64,000 nucleotides of DNA, taken from the NCBI GenBank assembly GCA_016927185.1, contig JAFGND010000035.1, positions 11,887-75,886 on the forward strand, in the 5' to 3' direction. The position numbers and the translations under genes are program-made. Shown in pieces: positions 37,579-47,300 of the stretch; positions within the stretch are counted from its first letter, which is position 1; every line of letters begins with the position of its first letter. This stretch comes from Candidatus Coatesbacteria bacterium. GTDB lineage: Bacteria; JAFGND01. The notes under the pieces were generated by a model. It was not told where the DNA came from. It worked only from the letters and a program-made list of their open reading frames with translations, and ran no database searches.

Positions 37579-38657
37579 TTATGAATGAAATAGAGAAGAA
37601 AGCTAATGAGCTTATGAAAAATGATACTCTCTTCAGGGAAGCAATTATCAAAATAGGAGATTCAAAAACCAGAGCAAAAGGTCAATCAGATCTTAATGCA
37701 TGGATAGATCAAACCAGGAATGTAAAAGATGCTGTAGAAATATCAGATTGGCTTTTCCCTGATAATTATAGAATATTAATAGATAATTATATGAATAAAA
37801 CAGAAAACAGGGAATGCATACAATCAACCTCAGAAATCGATGAAAAACCTCTTTCAATATGTATGGAAGCCAGGAATCTGGGAATGACTTTCGGGATTGG
37901 CACAAAGAAGGAATTCCGGGCTTTATATGATGTTAGCTTTGCTATAACTGATGTTCCTGACATTGGAGAATTAATATCTATAGTAGGACCTTCAGGATGT
38001 GGAAAATCAACATTACTAAATATTATTGCTGGTTTTGATGGGTATGTTCCACCAACTGAAGGAGAGCTGACAATACAGGGGAAATCAATAAAAGGTCCGG
38101 GTAAGGAAAGAGGAATGATTTTTCAGAAGTATTCATCTTTTCCCCATCTTAATGTTGAACAGAATTTATTGTTTGGATTTGAGGTTAATGAGGATTTCAG
38201 GAATATCTCCAAAATGGAGAAAAATGAATTAGTTAAAGAATGGTTGAATAAAGTTGGGCTTTTTGAACACAGATTCAAATATCCTTCACAACTTTCAGGA
38301 GGTCAACAGCAAAGAGTTGCAATTGCAAGGACTTTAATCCTTAAGCCAAGATTCATCTTGATGGATGAACCATTTAGTGCTCTTGATGAGCCAACGAGAC
38401 TTGAAATGCAGGAATTGCTTGTTAATCTTTATTTTGAAATTCAACCTACAATACTTCTAGTAACACATAGTATAACCGAGGCAGTTTACTTATCTGATAG
38501 AGTTTGGTTGATGGGGGGAAAACCTGGAACCATAAAAAGTGTCTTCAATGATATTATACCGCCTGTCAAGGGAATCAAACCAATTGTAGTACAGGAAGAA
38601 GCAAAATTCAAGGATTCGGTCAAGAAAGTGATGGAAGAATTCAGGAAAATTGAATAA
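37575..38657 (+). CDS. ABC transporter ATP-binding protein with a ~95-aa N-terminal extension
   Basis: Walker A GPSGCGKST, signature LSGGQQQRVAIAR, Walker B ILMDEPFSALD. The first ~95 aa have no recognisable domain. Confidence 0.8.
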   Translation: MIMNEIEKKANELMKNDTLFREAIIKIGDSKTRAKGQSDLNAWIDQTRNVKDAVEISDWLFPDNYRILIDNYMNKTENRECIQSTSEIDEKPLSICMEARNLGMTFGIGTKKEFRALYDVSFAITDVPDIGELISIVGPSGCGKSTLLNIIAGFDGYVPPTEGELTIQGKSIKGPGKERGMIFQKYSSFPHLNVEQNLLFGFEVNEDFRNISKMEKNELVKEWLNKVGLFEHRFKYPSQLSGGQQQRVAIARTLILKPRFILMDEPFSALDEPTRLEMQELLVNLYFEIQPTILLVTHSITEAVYLSDRVWLMGGKPGTIKSVFNDIIPPVKGIKPIVVQEEAKFKDSVKKVMEEFRKIE

Positions 38658-38659
38658 AA

Positions 38660-39544
38660 ATGGGATTTAAGAAATATTTCAAGGCAGCATTTAGTGGCTG
38701 GTTACCTCTTCCAGGATTAGGATTATTTCCAGTAAACTGGGTGTTACTAACAATTGTTATGCTTCTGACAATAATTGGTTTTTTTGCTGGAGGTCCTCTT
38801 GCGGGTTTGGGAATTTTTCTGGTGGCATCAGGTATTGATATAGGTTTAGTCCTTGCTTTAACATTTAGCAGCGGTTTTCAAAGGTTTATTGATAATATGG
38901 AACTTATATCAAGTGAAGAGGAAGAAGAAAAACATGGCAAGCAAAAACTTGATATGATGTTAAGAGATCTTGATGATTATTCCAAAGTCAAATTCCTTGC
39001 CTTGAAAAATAAAATAGATGAAGTGGTAAGACTTTTCAATCAGCTTCATCCTGAAGCTCAGGACCTTGAATTATCAAAGGTAAGAGGTTTGAATACACTT
39101 CTTAATACTTATTATCAACTTCTGTTTTCAAGGCAGTTAATAAATAACAATATAAAACCAAAGGAAGAAGAAGATTTGAATTCACAGATAGAAGCTCTGG
39201 AAAGAAGAAACTTGAAAGAAAAATCTGAGAGAGTGAAAAAGAGTTTTCAGGGAAGACTTGAAATACTAAGAAAGAGAGCAGAAAAGATATCTCAGTTGAA
39301 TGAAGTAGCAAGGCTTGTAGAAAGTGAATTAAACAGGATTCTTGATCAAATTGAACTAATAAAAGCAGATGCATTAACTGCAAAAGACCCTGATACTTTT
39401 TCTCAAAGACTAGATGCTGTTTCTGCTGAATTCGAGACAAACTCTGAATGGGCTAAACAGCAATACCAGCTGCTTGATGATTTGAGTTCTCTGAACCTCC
39501 AATCCAATGATATTATAGGGATTGAGAAAAAGCAAAAAGAATGA
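38660..39544 (+). CDS. Membrane protein (3 N-terminal TM helices) with a long acidic coiled-coil cytoplasmic domain; function unknown
   Basis: Hydrophobic N-terminus (LPLPGLGLFPVNWVLLTIVMLLTIIGFFAGGPLAGLGIF...), then an EEEEE linker and heptad-rich sequence. Its start is 3 nt after the ATPase stop. Confidence 0.4.
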   Translation: MGFKKYFKAAFSGWLPLPGLGLFPVNWVLLTIVMLLTIIGFFAGGPLAGLGIFLVASGIDIGLVLALTFSSGFQRFIDNMELISSEEEEEKHGKQKLDMMLRDLDDYSKVKFLALKNKIDEVVRLFNQLHPEAQDLELSKVRGLNTLLNTYYQLLFSRQLINNNIKPKEEEDLNSQIEALERRNLKEKSERVKKSFQGRLEILRKRAEKISQLNEVARLVESELNRILDQIELIKADALTAKDPDTFSQRLDAVSAEFETNSEWAKQQYQLLDDLSSLNLQSNDIIGIEKKQKE

Positions 39545-40431
39545 TTTCAAAATTCCTGATTTATTTTAGAGCAATAAGAGGATTGGAACTTTTCTTGATG
39601 CTTGGATCTCCTGTTTTAGGATTGCTTTTTGCCAGGCAATCTGAGGGACACAAACATTTTCATATTCTTCATTACTTGATTTTTCTGGTCTCAACTTATT
39701 GCCTTGCAGGGCATGTTTATGCATATAATAGCTGGGCAGGTTTGAAAGCTGACTTGAAGGATAGAAGCAAAGAGAAGTTCCCCCTTATGGAAGGCAAAAT
39801 ATCTATAAAGGAGATGTATACTCTATCTTTCATATTACTTCTCACAGCTTTATTAGGTTACTTTGTATTAAACAAGCATCTTGTTATAGTATCCCTCATA
39901 AATGCATTATTATGGGTTTTGTATTGTGATCCTCGTATTTTGTTTAAGTCAAAACCTATTTTAGGTTCATTAATTCACTTTTTTGCAGGCATATTAAATT
40001 TCCTGCTTGGATATCTTTTCATTAAAAATCTTGATATGAATGGAATTTTGTTAGGATTATACTTTACCATAATTTTCGTTGGAGGTCATCTAAACCATGA
40101 AATTAGAGATTATGAAGCAGATAAAATAAACAATTATAAAACCAATGCAATATGCTGGGGGAAAAAGCTGATTTTTATTATGTCTTTTTCACTCTTTTCC
40201 TATTCAAATATTCATCTCATTTTGTTAGCAAAAAACAAAATTGTTGACATTAATATCATTGTCCCTTTGTTAATTTTATATCCTTTATATATATATTTCT
40301 CATATATAACTATGCGAGAAGGGTTAAAATTCCAGGAAATGGATAATTTCAGGAATAGATATAGAATATTATATGCATTATATGGAATTTACATGGCAGT
40401 TTATTTATTATATAAACAAGTAATAATATGA
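39541..40431 (+). CDS. Polytopic membrane protein, UbiA-prenyltransferase-like with divergent Asp-rich motifs
   Basis: ~9 predicted TM segments in 296 aa. The first motif is degenerate (YNSWAGLKADLKDRSKEKFPLMEG compared with UbiA NDxxDxxxD...RPL). The second motif (RDYEAD) is retained. It overlaps the upstream gene by 4 nt. Confidence 0.4.
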   Translation: MISKFLIYFRAIRGLELFLMLGSPVLGLLFARQSEGHKHFHILHYLIFLVSTYCLAGHVYAYNSWAGLKADLKDRSKEKFPLMEGKISIKEMYTLSFILLLTALLGYFVLNKHLVIVSLINALLWVLYCDPRILFKSKPILGSLIHFFAGILNFLLGYLFIKNLDMNGILLGLYFTIIFVGGHLNHEIRDYEADKINNYKTNAICWGKKLIFIMSFSLFSYSNIHLILLAKNKIVDINIIVPLLILYPLYIYFSYITMREGLKFQEMDNFRNRYRILYALYGIYMAVYLLYKQVII

Positions 40432-41408
40432 ACTACTTCTCTGCATTGCATAATTTATTTATTAAAAGAAACCCAATCTTGATATATCATAAACCAACTC
40501 TTTCATGTAATTGCAAATGTGAAACCTGTGATACTTGGAGCCTGGATGATGAGAATATAATGTCACTAGAAATGATTTTCAGGTTGCTGGAAGATGCAAG
40601 GAGATCTGGAATACAGAATTATACCGCCTGGGGGGGAGAACCTTTATTATACAGTGATCTGGACAAAATATTCTATCATACCAAAAAAATGGGAATGAAG
40701 AATTCGATTTGCACAAATGCCTACTTGCTTAAAGAAAAAACAAAGGAAATTGCTCCAAATCTGGATTTAGCTCTAATATCAATAGATGCAATAGGTGAGG
40801 ATCATGATAGAATAAGGGGAGTGGAAGGATTATATAAAAAAATACTTGAAGGACTGGAGGAGCTGAGAAAGTATAGCAAAGTAAGGATTAATATCTGGAC
40901 AACAATCAATCCTGTAAGCAGATATCAAATTGAAGAAATCTTGAAAGTTGCAGAATTCTACAAAGTAATAGTAGAGTTTTTCCCTATTGCTCCAATAGAA
41001 GGTTATAATGATAAGATGATACTAAAAAAAGAAGAATTGATAGATGTTTTCAAGGAAATCAAGAGCTTGAAGAATAAGGATTATCCTGTTGGAAATACTA
41101 ATTACTACCTGGATTTGGTTATAAACCAGAAACCTTTCAAATGCAATTTCCCTCTCATAAGTTTGTTCGTAAATCCTGATGGTACTATTTATACTTGTGA
41201 AGAAGGTGGAGCAAGGATAATAAAGAAGTGGGGCAAGTATCCTGAACTTACTTTAGCAAAGCTCTTATCAAGTAATGAATATCATGAAACTGTTAAAAAA
41301 ATGGAGAATTGCAATAAATGCTTCTTACCTTGCGTAGGAGAAACATCAGGATTCCTCCCCTTGCAAATAATCAGGAAAAAGATTTCCATATTGAATTTAT
41401 CAAGCTAA
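40428..41408 (+). CDS. Radical SAM enzyme of the MoaA/PqqE-like family with a C-terminal SPASM/twitch-type Cys cluster
   Basis: The CxxxCxxC motif SCNCKCETC near the N-terminus, GGEPLL, and C-terminal cysteines (C-x18-C ... CNKCFLPC). It overlaps the upstream gene by 4 nt. Confidence 0.65.
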   Translation: MNYFSALHNLFIKRNPILIYHKPTLSCNCKCETCDTWSLDDENIMSLEMIFRLLEDARRSGIQNYTAWGGEPLLYSDLDKIFYHTKKMGMKNSICTNAYLLKEKTKEIAPNLDLALISIDAIGEDHDRIRGVEGLYKKILEGLEELRKYSKVRINIWTTINPVSRYQIEEILKVAEFYKVIVEFFPIAPIEGYNDKMILKKEELIDVFKEIKSLKNKDYPVGNTNYYLDLVINQKPFKCNFPLISLFVNPDGTIYTCEEGGARIIKKWGKYPELTLAKLLSSNEYHETVKKMENCNKCFLPCVGETSGFLPLQIIRKKISILNLSS

Positions 41409-41506
41409 AATAATCTGATAAAGCAATACATTTTAGTTCATATTTTCTGATTGACAAGAAAAATTCAATCTATCAAATAAGTTTATAGTTATATTAGGAG
41501 GTAATA

Positions 41507-43360
41507 ATGAAAAGAGTAATATCAACTAGTCTTTTCTTTTTGTTCTTCTTATTTTTGATTGATTTGAAATTATTATCAGCGATAGATTGGGAACTTTACA
41601 AGACAAGAATTGATATCAAGAAAAACAATAAAAAATGGACTGCATGTGAAACAAGTATTTCAAGATTGCCAGAAGAAATCAGGGAATATTGTCTTGGGGG
41701 GATAAAAAGAAGTCCAATTGATTTGACAGATGGCAATGAATTTAAAAGTTCCGGGAAATTTCCTGAAAAATTTGACTGGAGAAATGTAAATGGAAGGAAC
41801 TTTACTACTCCAATAAAGGATCAGAAAAATTGTAAAGCTGACTGGGCATTTGCAACATTTGCTGCTGTTGAAACTCAGATAAAAATATTCCTTGATCAAG
41901 ACTTGATAATGCCTGATTTATCTGAGCAATACGTTGTTTCAACTACTTTTACTAAAGGAGATTGCTCTGGTTGTGGATTTTATGAACTAGCTGAATGGAT
42001 GAAAACAAATGGTGTTGTCTGGGAATCATGTTTTCCATACGAAGCAAGAAATGCCAACTGAAGTGAGAGATGCACTGACTGGGCTTACTGTCAGCAGACC
42101 ATTTCACAGTTAACAAGAGTTCCTTCAGCAAATAACAATTTTGATTTAATGAAGGAAGCAATTGCAACAAAGGGTCCTGTTTTTGCTATGATGAAGTTTT
42201 TTAATGATTTCCAGTATTACAAAGGTGGAATATATGAATGTAATGAGAATTCTGGATACTTAGGTTTGATATCTGTTTGTTTAATAGGTTATGACAATTA
42301 TAGTAATTGCTGGATAGGGAAAAACAGCTGGGGAACTGAATGGGGTGAAAAGGGCTATTTCAGATGTAGAATAGGAGGAGCCGATAGTTTAGGTAATTTA
42401 GGTCAAACATTTGTAGAAATAGCGGATGTAACAAATCATTTATGGTATATGACACCACTACCAGCAAGGTATTATGTTTCAGGTAAAAAAACCAATATTG
42501 AATGGCATAGTCTTGGTGTAAACAAGATCAATATCTACCTGTCAACTGATGGAGGCACTTCTTCTTCATGGACTGAAATCGTAAAAGACATGGATGCATC
42601 AAGTCAGACATATGAATGGATAATACCTGAAGTTGAATCCTCACAATGCAAGATAAAAATTATTGATAGTGAACATACAAGGGAAGGTTCTAAATGTTCA
42701 ATCGGGGCAGCTAAAACTGATGGAGTATTTGGAATAGGAAAAGAAAGATCTGTAAGATTGATTTATCCAAAAGGAGGAGAGACTTTTTATAATTCTCACA
42801 GATATTATATATATTGGGATTGTACCAAAAATGTTAGCAAGGTGAATATATATGGATCAACTGATGATGGTTCAACATGGCTTGAAGAAAAAGTCATAAG
42901 TAATGGAGAGGCACAAAAAAAATCCTTCTTATGGACTGTGGATACAAGGAAATTTCCTCCCACAACAAAAGGGAGAATGAAGATTACTGATACAGAATAT
43001 GAGATTGATGTAAATGATATTAATGATGATATATTTACTGTTTCAGATGAAATAATTGGATTCAACGATACAAAGCATAATAAGCATTTACCTGAAGAGC
43101 TTTCTTTGACAGCAGATCCAAATCCATGCAGAAACAGGTTATTGAATATAAGATTTTCTCTTCCTAAGAATACTTGCATAAGCATTAAAATAATTAATCT
43201 GATTGGAAAAACTGTCACAATAATTTTGGATAAAGAGAATTATGGAAAAGGGAATTATATAATCCACTGGCTTCCAATCAATCTAGCATCTGGTATTTAT
43301 TTCATAGAGATGAAATCAGAACAAAGAATATTGAATAAAAGTTTCTTGTTTGTAAAATAG
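41507..43360 (+). pseudogene. Secreted papain-like (C1) peptidase homologue with mutated catalytic dyad, interrupted by one in-frame TGA (42059-42061), plus a T9SS C-terminal domain
   Basis: Track ORFs 41507..42061 and 42149..43360 are in the same frame, separated only by a TGA. The joined translation aligns along the papain fold (DWR...TPIKDQ...CKADWAF ... FPYEARNAN*SERCTDWAYC ... KGPVF ... YYKGGIY ... NSWGTEWGEKGYFRC). The catalytic Cys is Asp (CKADW compared with CGSCW) and the catalytic His is Ile (LISVCLIGY). The C-terminus ends ...GIYFIEMKSEQRILNKSFLFVK, a T9SS CTD. Confidence 0.55.
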
Positions 43361-43372
43361 AATTAAAGATAT

Positions 43373-43395
43373 AATCAATAGATATTGATTTTTCA
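43373..43395 (+). terminator. Weak AT-only hairpin plus T-run after the papain-like gene
   Basis: AATCAATA-GA-TATTGATT is a perfect 8-bp inverted repeat, followed by TTTTC. Confidence 0.3.
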
Positions 43396-43482
43396 AATAA
43401 AAAATCGTTTATAACTTGACAAAGAAACTAAAGAAATATTCATTGCACTTAAATCTAGTAAGGGTTTGTCAAGGAGGGATAA

Positions 43483-44298
43483 ATGAAGGGATTAATTGCA
43501 GTTTTTTTAATATTGATACCTGCTTTACTAAATGCAACAATTAAATGCCCGAGCTGTAATACCGAGAATGATGATAATGCAAAACTATGCACAAAATGCG
43601 GCAAGTACTTGATTGTTGTTTTGAAAGTGACTAGTGATCCATATCATGCTGCAGTATATTTGAATGATAAATTATTAGGGTATACTCCCTTGACAGAGAC
43701 AATTCCAGTGGGATCATATAAACTGAGAATACAGAAAATGGGTTATGATGTAGTAAATCAAAATATTACAATAGCTTATCTCACTGAAGCAAAGTCAGTT
43801 AAAACAGAAAACAGGCATTTTACATTATTTGCTAAGAGAGACCCTAATATTAAACAAGGAAGGTTTTTCTTTGACTCACATCCTCAAAGAGCTGATGTGT
43901 TTGTTAATGGTTCAACAATTGGACAGACACCTGTAATGTCAGAAATGCTTAATCCTGGTAAATATAAAATAAGATATTTGCTGGAACCTTACAAAATATA
44001 TGAAGCTGAATATAGATTAGAAGCAGGGGTTGAAAAGGATGTTTTTCACAAACTATCAGAAGGTAAGGAAGGAAAAAGCAGTTTACCCAAAATCACTAGA
44101 TATGGTGGAATAGGGATAACAGTAGTTGGAGCAGGTTTTCTTATCCTTGCTCAAAGTTCATATAATAAATACAAGGATGCCAAGATACAAAGAGATATAG
44201 ATGATTACTGGGATAAAACAAAACTCTACTCGACATTCAGTTATGTATGTATTGGCTTGGGAATAAGCTCAACAGGCATCTCATTTATTGTAAAGTAA
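43483..44298 (+). CDS. Zinc-ribbon plus double PEGA-domain membrane protein
   Basis: CPSCN...CTKCG ribbon, two PEGA-like segments (AAVYLNDKLLGYTPL, ADVFVNGSTIGQTPV) and a C-terminal TM helix. Its end is 24 nt upstream of the giant gene, whose start carries an AGGAGG Shine-Dalgarno sequence. Confidence 0.55.
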   Translation: MKGLIAVFLILIPALLNATIKCPSCNTENDDNAKLCTKCGKYLIVVLKVTSDPYHAAVYLNDKLLGYTPLTETIPVGSYKLRIQKMGYDVVNQNITIAYLTEAKSVKTENRHFTLFAKRDPNIKQGRFFFDSHPQRADVFVNGSTIGQTPVMSEMLNPGKYKIRYLLEPYKIYEAEYRLEAGVEKDVFHKLSEGKEGKSSLPKITRYGGIGITVVGAGFLILAQSSYNKYKDAKIQRDIDDYWDKTKLYSTFSYVCIGLGISSTGISFIVK

Positions 44299-44322
44299 TT
44301 TCAGGGATATAAAGGAGGAGAT

Positions 44323-47300
44323 ATGAATTTGCCCAAACGTTCTGTTGCTTGGGTAATTTTGCTTTTCAGTTTAGCATTTGTTATTACTTGTGCAAGAGAT
44401 AATCCTTTTGATGAAAATGGAGATAGTTACAAAGGTCCTTATGATGTACCAAAACTTGAAACACCTGCCAATGGGGCTACACTTGAGAGGAATTCTACTA
44501 CTTTAACATGGAAACTGAATAATCCTTCTGGCATGAAAGTCAGATATGAAGTATATCTTGGTACTGATGGAAATTTATATAAAGCTAATCAAGGCTTTCT
44601 CGATAGTACATATTTTCAAGTCAGTAATTTGGAGCCTGATGAGAAATATAGATGGCAGATAGTTGCTATAAGCGAAAGAGAAACTAATGAGAAAAGTGAT
44701 ATTTGGGAATTCACAAGCGGAAGACAAGCAGAAAATCAATCTCCGATTATTGAAATTACAAATCCAGGGGATCATGATGCATATGCAGTAACATATTTTG
44801 ATATAAGCTGGTACAGCGATGATCCTGATGGAGATACTTGTACTGTTACATTGAAGTATGATAAAGACAAGAATCCAAACAATGGATTTGAAGGAACTAT
44901 AATCGAGAATTATCCTGACAGGAAAGAATATAGATGGGATGTATCAAGTGTTCCTGAAGGGGGTTATTATATATACGCATTGATTGATGATGGAAAAAGC
45001 ACGAGATCCATAAGACCTGTAACAATCAATAATATTAAATCTCAAAATGTAAATTTGAAAAGTAATCTTAATAAAAAGGAAGTTGTTAATGAAATAAATG
45101 TCTTGAAGGATGGAAATGTAAGTAACCTTAACTATAAAAGAGGTAAACTCAATCCAACCAGAGCAATCCTAACACCTAAAAACAATACTGGTAATATTTC
45201 AACAGATATTAAAACCCCTGATAAAATTGGACTTACTGGAGAAAACTACAGTAATTCAAAGGTTATTGTTGACAGATCCAACAAGAATCACCCTCCAAAT
45301 CCACCTTATAATCCAAATCCCCGCGATGGATCAAGTAATAATGCTTTACAGCAGAGCTTGAGGTGGGATTGTGAAGATCCTGATGGGAATGATCTGACAT
45401 ATGATATTTTCTTTGGAAGAGAAGGGGATATGGTTAAGGTAGCTGACAAAGTACCTAATAAGAATTATGAAACTCAGAAACTTACCAAATCTACATCTTA
45501 TAAATGGCAAATTATTGCCTTTGATTCAAGAGGAGATTCAACTATTGGAAGAGTATGGACTTTTACTACAACAAATGCAGATTTTGAAGCATATGATCCT
45601 GATCCAGAAAATAATGCAATAGGTATTCCTCTTGATAAGTTTGTTTCATGGGATTGCAATGACATGAATGCAACATTTGATGTTTATATTGGAACTTCCC
45701 AGAATCCACAACGTCAATCAAGAAGACAATCGGATAAGGAATACGATCCAGTACTGGAACCGGATACAACTTATTACTGGAAAATAGTATCATTCTCTTC
45801 TGGAGATAGCATTACAGGACCATTATGGAGTTTCAGGACAAAAAGAGCCAATAATCATCCTCCTAATCCTCCTTATGATCCAGATCCCGAGAATAACGCT
45901 ACAGATATTCCATTGAACAAGGCAATGACATGGAAGTGTGAAGATCCAGACTCATTTGAAATGGGAGGTCTTCTTGGACAATCTTTGAGAAAAAACAGAA
46001 GGTATTTGAACAATGATCTTGATCAGAGAGATTCACTCTGGTATTCCGTTTATTTTGGAACAACATCCAATCCAGAATATGTCGGGAAAGTGGAAATAGC
46101 ATTTTACAAACCTCCTGAGGATCTTTCTTCAAATACAAAATATTATTGGAGAATAGTAGCGCATGATTCTCAAGGAGATTCTGCTAGTGGATCACTATGG
46201 AATTTTACAACAGGGACTCAGCGGGAATTATGGATAAGGGTAACAAAACCACCTGCTGGTGGAGCTGAAGCAGATTCATTATATACAATAGAATGGGAAT
46301 ATGATGCTCCAGGAAGTTCTTCTCCAAAAGTCAGCTTATATTATGATACTGATTCTACTCAAAACGCTAATGAAGTTTTAATAAAAGAAAATATACTGGC
46401 TCAGGATAAAGCTTATACATGGAATTGCAAGGAAATACCTGAGGGTTCATATTATATTCTGGCAATAATTGATGATGGCTTGATGAAGACAAGCAGATAC
46501 TATCTTAAGAAATCAAGTATCATAGATATAACAAAACCTATTAAAAAGCTTTTGAAGCCAGAAACTTCATTTGATTATTCTGATGGAGCTCTTAAATTAC
46601 AGCATTATACAAAACCGGGAATAACAATAACTCAACCTCCTGCAGAAGGGGCAACTGCTGATTCTGTCTATAGAATTGAATGGACATATAACACATATGA
46701 AGGAACTTCCCCAATTGTATATCTCTATACGGATAATGATTCAATTCCTGGAGGAGAAGTCCTGATACAAGCTGCTATCCCTACAGATAGTTTAGGATAT
46801 ACTTGGAATTGTGATTCTATGCCTAATGGCTCATGGTATATTAAAGGGGTGATTGATGACAGGCATACTGGAAAAACAACCAGGATTATCTTCAAATTGC
46901 ATAACAACGTGGCAAGACCTGATACTACTTATGACTATTCAGACGGAAAATTGACTATTGATCATGGTTATTATACACCTCCAACAATAACAGTTACAGA
47001 TCCTCCCGAAGAAGGGGCAACTGCTGACAGTACATATACAATAAAGTGGAATTTTTCAGCTAGCCAGGAAACCTCACCAGTTGTAGATCTTTATTATGAT
47101 AGTGATAATCAAAGGAACGGAAATGAAGTATTAATTCAAACAGAAATTCCTGCAGATAGTCTTGAGTATGAATGGGATTTGACAGGTCTTTCAGAAGGAT
47201 CATATTATGTATTGGCAGTAATTGATGATAAACATACTTCTTCATTCAAGTACTTACCAAAGAGGTTTATAGCAAAACCAGATTCTTCATTTGACTATTC

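Noticed and set aside
42059-42061. Selenocysteine or global TGA recoding in the papain-like gene
   Set aside because: TGA terminates neighbouring genes at positions where the homologous proteins end (for example rtcB at 427-429 and GT4 at 4185-4187), so it is a stop codon in this genome. The downstream hairpin is only 5 bp, and papain-family proteins are not known selenoproteins. I kept it as a low-probability alternative only.
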